Notes under the pieces: model-generated
Database searches by the model: none
What the model saw: the letters and a program-made list of their open reading frames with translations, nothing else
What the model was told of the DNA's origin: nothing
Assembly: GCA_937625935.1 (NCBI GenBank)
Contig: OW569368.1
Location: 1-64,000 of the forward strand
Source: Tetramitus jugosus
Lineage: Eukaryota; Protista; Heterolobosea
Direction: 5' to 3'
DNA length: 64,000 nt
Shown here: positions 22,022 to 31,436 of the stretch, one piece after another
How positions within the stretch are numbered: the first letter of the stretch is position 1
Layout of the letters: each line of letters begins with the position of its first letter
Made by a program: the position numbers and the translations under genes

Positions 22022-22544
22022 AGTGCATAGTAACAAATTGTGAATGTTGTTGTAAAATAATGTGTTGGGGAGAAGAATTTCACCCCAGTTAAATAGTTTC
22101 ACCATGGGGACCCTATTCCCACCCTCTGCAGAAAAATGAGAATGTTTTATATCACAGGGGAGATTTCCATGTTAGAATCAACATTCTCGGTTGATTTGTT
22201 CCATCTCTTAAGTTTCATCTGTTTTCAAAGATATTGGGTCCCACTATATTTTTCCATTTAGAAGCTTTGACCAAATTGAGAGTTCAACAGTGAAAACTAA
22301 TGATCCTCAATTCTCAATGGTTCCTGCTCTGCTAGTCCCAAAGCCTACTATATTCACCTCTTAGCTCCAACAACTCCTCATGAGTACCTCTCTCTACGAT
22401 CATCACAATCAACCTGTCGCGAAAACAATCGTTGTCTTTCCTTTGAATGCCTCGCGTAACTTGTGTTCGGGGAAAAGGAATTGAATCGAACTGTAAAACA
22501 GCCGCTGAGAAGTTACGATTTTTCCAAGACACACAAGCAACAAA

Positions 22545-23808
22545 ATGAGAAACATTAGAGAGTTTTTGGATATTGTGTGTGGAAACGTACAAAGAAAAGA
22601 AAACATTGTTCTATCTAGTGAAGTTCCTCCTTCAGAGTTGGAGAACATCTGCCATGATGTTTTCTTGATCACAGACGATTTTGTCGATGATCTATCAAGG
22701 GCTCAAATATCAACATATGCCAAAAAAGCAGAGATGGAAAATGAGGCAGCTTTATTGATTGCTCAGAAAGCAGTTCTCCGGGTTTACGACCACAAAACGA
22801 GTCTGTACAGTGGCACAGCGTTCTTCCTTGCACCAGGAATTATTGCAACCAATTGGCACGTTGTCTCAAAAGGGGAAACTCCATTATACTTCTCAAATAA
22901 CTCTTTTCTACCATACCAGAACTTTTTCGGTTTAATTAAGAGGGGGCTAACAGATGATAACCTGTGCAAAGAAAAAAAGGTAATAGCTTCTGGTTCCACC
23001 ATGGCTAACGACCATCAGGTGGAAGAAGTAATATCTGGAAAACCTCGAGTTGATCCTATTCTCGGTCTAACCGGTGATTTTGACCTTTTTGACTTCGCGT
23101 TAATTGATGTCGATCATCCGAAAATGCCAAAGGTGTTGCTCATCCCTTCTCCACAAGTCGTACAACCTGATAGTAGGATTGCTACTGTAAACTATCCTGG
23201 ATCAGAAGAGTTAAATGACACACTCCTGAAAAAACATACCCCAGCAGATTACTACAAGTACTTGCCTTCTTTCTCATACTTGGGGCGAATATTTCATAAA
23301 TTTGGCAGAAAATGTTAGCTTTGGTAAGACTTTAAGACCATATGGCCCGATAGGCAATCAGTGGAGAGAGATCTCAAACTACACAGCCGATTTGAACCAG
23401 TACGTAATCGTCAGTGATGAAACTGTGATGTTTGGAAGTTCAGGGGCACCAGTCATTTCACTTGAAAACTGCAAAAGTCACACAGTCTTGGATAAAGAGG
23501 GACAAGAGTGGGCTCTTGTTGAATTTGTTGGTATCCACGCTGGAGGCGAATACATCGACTGTCTTGATTGCTTTTGTCAAACCTCTCGATTGGATGGTTA
23601 TTTTTTATGGACAGAATGTACAGAATGCCAACAAGACCCTTCAAGAAAGAAAACCCATCTAACCTATAATCACAGTATTTCTGTTCATCACCCAGATTTT
23701 GTCAGGTACTACAAACGCTTTGTCGTTCCTGCCCTGCAGCAATTGTTTGCAGGAACACCAAGTTGTATTGAAGACTATCTCAACCTCCATAAAGCCACAG
23801 CATTCTAA
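22545..23808 (+). pseudogene. Trypsin-like serine protease split by one frameshift near 23313
   Basis: Catalytic His in ATNWHVV and Asp in DFALI lie in ORF1. Ser in GSSGAPV and VGIHAGG lie in the overlapping ORF2. Confidence 0.8.
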
Positions 23809-23903
23809 TTTGTGAGTGGAAGAACAGCCAAAAATCATTTGCTTTCGGGAGAATTTTGCTGGTGACAGCGCCGAAAACAACATTGACATCACAACAATAA
23901 AAG

Positions 23904-26900
23904 ATGATTGGGGGACGAACCAGGACCAATAGAGCCAACACCACGAATACTGCTGTGAGTGGATCTCCAACCAACAACACAGATACTGCTTCATCATCAT
24001 CACCATCACCACCTTCATCATTCACTGAAAACACTCTGAGGAGACTCAAAGGACTCAATAAAAAGAATAACAGCAACAATGGCAACAATGACAATACTGC
24101 TAGTAGCGCAGCGCAGAGTAATAGTAGCAATAATCGATTGAGTGCTTTATTTCATGGAAAACCCTTGATGTTTCAAAGGTCAACAACTACAACCGCCAAT
24201 TCCACTACTGCTACTACCGCTACTACTACTACTAACTCTACTCATCATCGTCAAGAAGAAGAAGAATCAGCCGACATGTATGACATTGACTCGTACGACA
24301 GTGATGCCAAAGAAGATGCACCAAGTAACAAAAAAGCTCACATTGACAGTGACAGTGATGATAGTGAGAATGACAGTTACAGTAGTAGCGATGAGATGAG
24401 CGAAGATGAGAACAATGTGGTTGAATATGAGGAAAATCAAGGAGGACTGATGATCAACACGAATAATGATGCTAATAGTAGTAATAATAGTAATGATTCA
24501 ATCATTGTACAACAACAGGCTCATGATGACAACGATACTGGTGGGTCACATGTTGGCGATATTGTGGAAGACAATCATCAAAGTACTCCTGATGAAACAC
24601 TATTGAAAAACAGTAACAAGGATCATTCATCAAAGAAAAGTCCATCAACAAGAGAAAACAATAGGAGACACAAGAGAGAAGCGAGTAGATCATTCTCTGC
24701 AGAGGATGAAGTATTGACAAACAATAGTCATGACCCAAATGACACTCATGACAATGATGATGATCAAACGAATGCAACCAACACAAGTCAGAAACATCAG
24801 GATGATGAAGAGCAAGGAGATGACGAATGGAAACAATTTCAAACAATATCTCAATTTTTTGCCAATAATTTGAGGAGCAAGAGCGTGACAAGGCAAATGA
24901 ATGAATATGAACGATATCCAAGCTCGAACAATGTAAATACAGTTGGTGGTGATATGTGGTCACAAACTCCTGTACGGTCATCTGAAATGAATAATGACAA
25001 ATTGAGTCATGTGTCATTATGTAAAGATATGGCTCGCTTACAACCGATCATACATCAATTGTTGATACTATTGCCAAGTCAGACCAATAGTAATGATAGC
25101 AAGCAAAGAAGAGAAGAGACTCTCCAATTTTCATGCTATTCAATGATGAGTCAACCGCTTCAACAACATCAACAATTAATTATTATTGCGCTGACTAACT
25201 TGCGACTTTTCGTGTTGGATGCATATGATACACATAACATTATTCATCAAGCTCCTTTGAGAGATTTGATATGCATTACACAGTGTACTCACCAACCATC
25301 TATTATCTCTATTCAATATCCTAATGATAAGAGTTCACTTTGCCACATTCTGATTCAATTTATTGATCATAACAATAACACTAACGTACCGAAAATATAC
25401 GGTGGGAAAACTGAGGAATCACCAACACCATTAATTACTTTGAAGTATGACTTTTTAGATCGAGTCAATTACTGGTATCATGTAGTCTATGATAATTCTA
25501 AATTGCTTCGAATGGAAACTGTTTTAAATGAGCAGGAACTCAAACAAAGAGAACATGGTGAGAAGAATCAAACATGTGTATTGCAATTTCATCATCAGTA
25601 CGCCATAGAGTCCAGTTGCCAAATTCATCAATCAGCACCTCTGTGCAATTTGCTCAGTGGATTCGGTGATGAATATGTATTATTATCCTGTGTAATTCAA
25701 ACTTATCATCAGGGAAAGCATTCGTCCGAAATGACACAATCAAGACATGTCAACGATAATGACACATTTATTAATGAAGATGACCAACCTGTTGATGATG
25801 AGTCCTATCAGGAGAAATCTACCAAGAATTCAATGAAGAAACAACAGCACTGGAAGAAACGTTACTTGATATTGACTGATCATGCCCTCTATATCTTTAA
25901 GAATATATCATCTGTACCAACATCAATATCTCAGTGCTATCATACGATGGTAAAGAGAAGAATACCTATGGAGGAATTGGGTGATTTAATCCGCTTCAAT
26001 AATCAACATCGACTTCTACTAATACGGGTTCCCGTGGATGAATACGATGTTTTGTTGAAGGCACATTGTCCCTCGATTATTGACCGATTATGTCACAATC
26101 TTCAATTATTGTTCTTCCCATCATCAAACGAACAACAACATGGAGAAGAAAATTTGGTCCAATATTTTGATTCATTGAATCAGGTTCTGAGATTTGCTCT
26201 GTTGGGCAAGACCAAGACCCACATTCAACGAAACAACCTTCTTAAAGAATACTCCAGTGTGATTCAATTATTGAGAACAGCCATCACTCAGCATGATGCA
26301 ATTACAATGAAGGCAATGATTCAATACGCCAATATTATCGAGGAACATAGCGCATCTAACAACAATAACTCATTCAAGATTACGGATACTCAAGTAGCTA
26401 TCAAGCAGACAGCACTGAAAGAGATCATGAAAATCAAAGATCAGGAAAAGTTGAAGGAAGAATACTCGAAAGCACTACAAAATGCAAACATTGAAGCAAT
26501 AGAGGAATGCTCAAAGCGTATTAGTCAGCTAAAGCTCGTTTATGAACCGCTAAAATCATTCCTGAAACAATCTCTTGATCACAAGAATCAACTCATCAAG
26601 AGAGCAGAATTGTTGGAGCACTTAAGAAAACTAATCACATCTGATGATGCAGATCAAAATGAAATTGAAACAGTATTCAAAGAAACGTTTTCGTCTATGT
26701 CAAGCTCATCACCATCAGTACTACAGGTGAAAGAGATCGAGCAGTACCAATCATTTAAAAAGATGCACGAGCTCCATGTTCAAAGACGATGCATGTTAAA
26801 AAGATTAGAGGAGGCAAAACAAAATCATGATGCAGATCGTTTGTTGACCATTGTTGAGTGTATAAAATATATGGATCAGAATATCAACAGTTTGTCACCA

Positions 26901-29702
26901 GCGAGCTGGAAACAATCCGATTCTACTTCAAAAGAAAATCAAACAGCTGTCAGAAGCCGTTCATTCGAGGATGTAGTTGCCAACGTTCAAGAATTTTTAC
27001 ATCAGAAGCGTGTTTGTAACAATCTGTTTGATTCCATTGAAGAGGCAAAGAAGACCAGCAAAACTAGTGCTCTAGACTCTCTTTGTAAACACTATGCAGA
27101 GAAGTATCGCGACTGGATAACTAAAACACCTGCTTATATAACAGCCATACAAATTATCAATATTATCAAGGAATTCAGGGTAGAAATTATCAAATTGAAA
27201 AAGGCTGTCGATATGTTAAATATGAAACGAACAGAATTACTACAACTCACATCAATTGACGACATATGGAGTCAATTAGAGAAGAGAGACCCTAGCGAGA
27301 TTGTTACAAAGTATTTGAATCGTATTCAATCATCTCAAGACATGAAGTTGCATCAAATTCAACTAGGTAAAAAAGATGAGAACATCATTCTTAAGACTAA
27401 TGAAGCATTGGAACAATGGAAACAGACATTAGATGAGTTTAGAGTACAAAAAGCTACTCACTTGTATAATGAGTTGAGTGCTCTTCAGTCCTCTGATGCA
27501 TCTAAACAAGATGATGGTTATGAAAGTGAAGAATATGAAAGCAACGACTCTGTTCTTGAATTGTTATTCAAACAAGCCAAGAACTATGCAAAGTATCATG
27601 ATGATTTGAGTAAGCTCGTATCGAAAATGGAATCTAAATTGGACACCAAGAATGAGTTAGCGCTATTGGATCAAACTCAATACAATTACTCTCATTTCCA
27701 TCACCTAAGACAGCTAATTATAAATGCGAACAAGTATGAACTTGTCACTAGTGATGGAATGAAACAGAAATTGGAACTTATATTGAATGAAGTTTCGAAG
27801 CAATATGAAATTTACAACACTCTCCACAATGCCCTTCAATCAAAAGATCTAAGAACTGTGAAAAAATATGTACTAGAAGCCAGCGGATATGAAGCATCAA
27901 TGAATGATATTTTGAATGATGCTAAACTCTTTTTGAACAAGAAGAAAATTGAGGAGATATCAACCAAACGGAATTTGGAAAAGGCAATGGCTTCCAATGA
28001 TGTCTCTCGCATCATTGAGCTCATTAATCTCGCTGATGAGTTTCCTTCACTAACTCCTATTGTTGCCAAAGCAAGAAGTCAGGTTGGGGGCAATAGAGAT
28101 GATGACACACACTCCAACATATCTTCTCTCGTTAGCACATCGAACCCATTCGAAACTGAAATTAACAAGTTCCTTTCCATGGAGGACGAAGAAGGTCTAA
28201 GCACCTACATTGCTGACAATGAGGATACTATGCCATCGAAGGTGCTTAAACAAGCAAAAGCTGAACTCAACAAGATGAGACGTAAGAACCATGCATCGCA
28301 GAATATCGATAATCGTCATCAATCTCTTACTGAGATGATAGAAAATGCAATCAAAACCAGCAATGTGAAGCAGTTAACAATCGCAAGTGACACTATTGAA
28401 CGACTTAAACTCTCAGCCTCTGACGAATCAGAATTGGATGCTCTGTACGATTTGCTCAACATGGCTCAGGGTGCCCTCCATCAGATACGATCCTCTAATC
28501 CTCATGAATCAAAATCCTATAGCGTGCAACAGTTAGAAGACATGCTAAGAACTGGGTTACTATACAAAAGGAGTAATGATGATACCGAAAAGGAGGCATC
28601 AGCTTTGATTCAAAGATTGATCATGAATATAAGTCAGCTGAGAACTTCTTGTTTATCGCTGCTCCAGCCTCAAAAACAACTTCAGGCTCCATCTATCCAG
28701 TCTCCTCACTCGAAACCTAAACAGCTACTCTCTGCAAAAACGGGTGACGATCTTGTGCGTCAATTAGTTGTATCAATTGTGGATATCATCAGTCACAAAC
28801 CAAAGCGAAGATTCTTCTCTGCCTCCCCTTCTGGTTTTGAAATAATACGCAACTTGAAGCGCCCAGAGGTCGTAAGGCTGACCGACAAGTTCGAATCTCT
28901 TGACATTTACTCTAAGGTGGGAACCAAACTAGACAAGTATGCCATGTCATGTCTGTTTGTTCACTTCCTGTTGTCTGAGAATCAACTCGTCCACATACTG
29001 AACATTATGCTTGTCCAAGAAGGACACATGAGAGAGTATTTTGATTCAAGCTCCATGCTTCTAAATCAAGCATATAGAGAGGAGCTGATACCATACCTTC
29101 AAATGTTGACCATGTTCCACTTTGAATTTGCTTTTACGGAGGCTTCTGAAAGGAAAACGTCCATTACTCTGTCCCACTCTCCCTTGTCATCCCTGACAAG
29201 CATTGTTAATGCAATTTTGCAACCTGAACTGGAGGATGAAGCGCATGACAGGAATCAAAAGAATGACTCTCAAAGAACATCTGATCTCGTCAGAAATGAG
29301 CTCTGTGACACTCTGCTCCAAATTGTGAGTCACAAGTTTAATTCTTTTGGCTTTTTTGTGAGATACGACGTATGGCAAATGATCGAAGAAGTGTCAGAAT
29401 TACGAAGTATCTCTGCCATAGATGTCGGTGGAATTCTCTTGCCTCCAATCGTCCAACAAATCAATGCTACGTATCCCGACGCTGAACCGGAAGACAAATT
29501 CAAGTGCCTCGTGGTGCATTGTGTTGAAGAACAATGTTTGTTGGAGGTGATGATCACGGTATTTAGGGACAAGAGTATGTGGGCCAAATACTATGATATG
29601 AGTGATGACAAGGTTTTACCATTGGTAGTCGATGATAATGCGTGGTATAAGGTGGTAGATAATTTGGAAGGTTTCTGTGTTCCTCCTCTTGGGAAACTTT
29701 GA
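23904..29702 (+). CDS. Large 1932-aa protein with PH/myosin-TH1-like domains, helical repeats and two C-terminal RUN-like domains
   Basis: KRYLILTDHALYIF..VKRRIP is TH1/PH-like. LFVHFLLSENQL..EYFDSSSMLL and KFKCLVVHCVEEQCL..AKYY are RUN-like. Intact ORF. Confidence 0.8.
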   Translation: MIGGRTRTNRANTTNTAVSGSPTNNTDTASSSSPSPPSSFTENTLRRLKGLNKKNNSNNGNNDNTASSAAQSNSSNNRLSALFHGKPLMFQRSTTTTANSTTATTATTTTNSTHHRQEEEESADMYDIDSYDSDAKEDAPSNKKAHIDSDSDDSENDSYSSSDEMSEDENNVVEYEENQGGLMINTNNDANSSNNSNDSIIVQQQAHDDNDTGGSHVGDIVEDNHQSTPDETLLKNSNKDHSSKKSPSTRENNRRHKREASRSFSAEDEVLTNNSHDPNDTHDNDDDQTNATNTSQKHQDDEEQGDDEWKQFQTISQFFANNLRSKSVTRQMNEYERYPSSNNVNTVGGDMWSQTPVRSSEMNNDKLSHVSLCKDMARLQPIIHQLLILLPSQTNSNDSKQRREETLQFSCYSMMSQPLQQHQQLIIIALTNLRLFVLDAYDTHNIIHQAPLRDLICITQCTHQPSIISIQYPNDKSSLCHILIQFIDHNNNTNVPKIYGGKTEESPTPLITLKYDFLDRVNYWYHVVYDNSKLLRMETVLNEQELKQREHGEKNQTCVLQFHHQYAIESSCQIHQSAPLCNLLSGFGDEYVLLSCVIQTYHQGKHSSEMTQSRHVNDNDTFINEDDQPVDDESYQEKSTKNSMKKQQHWKKRYLILTDHALYIFKNISSVPTSISQCYHTMVKRRIPMEELGDLIRFNNQHRLLLIRVPVDEYDVLLKAHCPSIIDRLCHNLQLLFFPSSNEQQHGEENLVQYFDSLNQVLRFALLGKTKTHIQRNNLLKEYSSVIQLLRTAITQHDAITMKAMIQYANIIEEHSASNNNNSFKITDTQVAIKQTALKEIMKIKDQEKLKEEYSKALQNANIEAIEECSKRISQLKLVYEPLKSFLKQSLDHKNQLIKRAELLEHLRKLITSDDADQNEIETVFKETFSSMSSSSPSVLQVKEIEQYQSFKKMHELHVQRRCMLKRLEEAKQNHDADRLLTIVECIKYMDQNINSLSPASWKQSDSTSKENQTAVRSRSFEDVVANVQEFLHQKRVCNNLFDSIEEAKKTSKTSALDSLCKHYAEKYRDWITKTPAYITAIQIINIIKEFRVEIIKLKKAVDMLNMKRTELLQLTSIDDIWSQLEKRDPSEIVTKYLNRIQSSQDMKLHQIQLGKKDENIILKTNEALEQWKQTLDEFRVQKATHLYNELSALQSSDASKQDDGYESEEYESNDSVLELLFKQAKNYAKYHDDLSKLVSKMESKLDTKNELALLDQTQYNYSHFHHLRQLIINANKYELVTSDGMKQKLELILNEVSKQYEIYNTLHNALQSKDLRTVKKYVLEASGYEASMNDILNDAKLFLNKKKIEEISTKRNLEKAMASNDVSRIIELINLADEFPSLTPIVAKARSQVGGNRDDDTHSNISSLVSTSNPFETEINKFLSMEDEEGLSTYIADNEDTMPSKVLKQAKAELNKMRRKNHASQNIDNRHQSLTEMIENAIKTSNVKQLTIASDTIERLKLSASDESELDALYDLLNMAQGALHQIRSSNPHESKSYSVQQLEDMLRTGLLYKRSNDDTEKEASALIQRLIMNISQLRTSCLSLLQPQKQLQAPSIQSPHSKPKQLLSAKTGDDLVRQLVVSIVDIISHKPKRRFFSASPSGFEIIRNLKRPEVVRLTDKFESLDIYSKVGTKLDKYAMSCLFVHFLLSENQLVHILNIMLVQEGHMREYFDSSSMLLNQAYREELIPYLQMLTMFHFEFAFTEASERKTSITLSHSPLSSLTSIVNAILQPELEDEAHDRNQKNDSQRTSDLVRNELCDTLLQIVSHKFNSFGFFVRYDVWQMIEEVSELRSISAIDVGGILLPPIVQQINATYPDAEPEDKFKCLVVHCVEEQCLLEVMITVFRDKSMWAKYYDMSDDKVLPLVVDDNAWYKVVDNLEGFCVPPLGKL

Positions 29703-29975
29703 TGGACATATATTGATGCTATCCTCTTTTGTCAATTTCCGGGGTGTGGTGACCACCAATTTGATTCTCTGGACAATTCAAGCCACAATGAATTTCCATT
29801 GACGGATGAGATCCGCCAAAAAATAACCATCCCCAGACCATGGAACACACTCGCCCGCTTCATTCACATTCTATTGACTGGCCAAAACAGAGCACTTCCC
29901 CCACAAATCAATTAAATTATTCATACTGCCGTGTAACCAAGCTGTTGTCTTGCTCGAATCCACCTCTTTCTTCAT

Positions 29976-30848
29976 ATGCAAAGTCCTTCCCATGCTTTCT
30001 CTTTCGATCATTCATTAACAAAGAGTCACAATAACAATCTCGATTGCATTTTCAACATGGCATCGAACCCAGCAACAAACCAACAGGAGAATGCATCGCC
30101 AATAACTGTGTCTTCCTCCGAAGCGATTCGAGCTGAACCCAATCCATGCATGATGCTTCACATGATCCCAGAACTGGGACCTGAGTACGTCTCGAGGATG
30201 AATTCTGAGTTCTATGAGCACGCACGGACTCCTCATTCTTATTCTACGAGGCATAGAATATTCCCATTAGACAGTGGTACTAACTCCCCGCACTCAACAT
30301 ATGATCTCGAGTTCAAGTCAGAGAGCCTGAGTGACTTAATGGCTGAAGGAATAAAGAGGGAAGAGAGGAGTGAACTTTCGTGGGTAATAGGCAACTGTAC
30401 TACCAGAACAGAAGCAAATGTAGCGTCAATTCCTACACACATCCCAACTCTAAATCATCCTCTTACTCAAACTGTGGCGCCTGCTGTAAGGGTGGGTCGC
30501 CAAAACTGTCACCAATATACATTTCAGGTACTCATCCAAAACTCATCACTAGAAAATGAGGAACTGCCGCAAAACTCATCACAAGTGCTTAATTACTCCC
30601 ATCTTTGTACCACAACACTATCCAGTACTGACAATTGGAATCAGGGCAAGAAAACAAGGTCATCCGAACAGGAGCAAGTAACAGTGGAGAAGTCAAGGAA
30701 GAAGCAGGCCTCTCTCCATAGAAACCAATCTCGAACGTTACAGACATCCGCACGGGCAACTGACAATACATTGACCGTTGGACGAAAGGGAGTAAAAAGA
30801 AAGACTCCTTATGACGACTTGATGTCCAGCTTCAAGAGCCCAAGGTAG
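29976..30848 (+). CDS. Hypothetical protein
   Basis: 290-aa ORF, mostly low complexity. The real start may be MASNP at 30057. Confidence 0.55.
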   Translation: MQSPSHAFSFDHSLTKSHNNNLDCIFNMASNPATNQQENASPITVSSSEAIRAEPNPCMMLHMIPELGPEYVSRMNSEFYEHARTPHSYSTRHRIFPLDSGTNSPHSTYDLEFKSESLSDLMAEGIKREERSELSWVIGNCTTRTEANVASIPTHIPTLNHPLTQTVAPAVRVGRQNCHQYTFQVLIQNSSLENEELPQNSSQVLNYSHLCTTTLSSTDNWNQGKKTRSSEQEQVTVEKSRKKQASLHRNQSRTLQTSARATDNTLTVGRKGVKRKTPYDDLMSSFKSPR

Positions 30849-31018
30849 ATTCAGTGTATCTTCTGCCAACATCACTTATGACAGTAGCCAAAAGCAACAC
30901 GAACGAGCGGTGGACCACCGCTTACAATATTGATTTTATTTTTGATTCTCGCGAGGGAATCTTATTTTTCCGCCCCTTTTTTTGCGAACTCGAGAAAGAA
31001 CAAAGAACCACCAATCAC
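30826..31018 (+). repeat. 193-bp exact direct repeat, copy 1 (intergenic/promoter)
   Basis: Identical to 31630-31822. Confidence 0.95.
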
Positions 31019-31039
31019 AACAAGAAAAAGCAAGCAATT

Positions 31040-31292
31040 ATGTCTGATAAGCAACCAGTACGTTTATCATTATCTCAGCCTGATTTTATTTTTTTCTTTA
31101 CGAGAAATTGTTTGGAAGTTGATCACTCATCATTCATTGATACTGACCAATCATTCTTTTTTTATTCTTCTTCTTCAGACCACATCAAACGCCTCAGAGG
31201 CCTCCACCCATGGTCACAAGGTGATTCTCGCTGCTCAAAGCTTGTTCTTTAGACAACTCATTTTGGAAGAAATGAAAAAACAAAAGCAATAA
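31040..31292 (+). pseudogene. Truncated BTB/POZ gene fragment with intron 31058-31178
   Basis: ATG..CCA|gtacgt...ctgac...ttcag| then HKVILAAQSLFFRQL (BTB motif), followed by an early stop. Confidence 0.6.
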
Positions 31293-31436
31293 TTTTTTTC
31301 GAGGCGCCAAAATTCCCCCAAAAACACATCTCAATTGTACACAATTCTCTTGACATGTTCAAGAACATTAAAAGGGTGATTTTGTATTATCAATAAACAA
31401 ATTCTCCCAATTACCAACAAATTCACAAACTTAAAT

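Noticed and set aside
858-23900. Endogenous giant virus or telomeric retrotransposon
   Set aside because: No capsid, packaging ATPase, viral polymerase, reverse transcriptase, integrase or transposase motifs were found.
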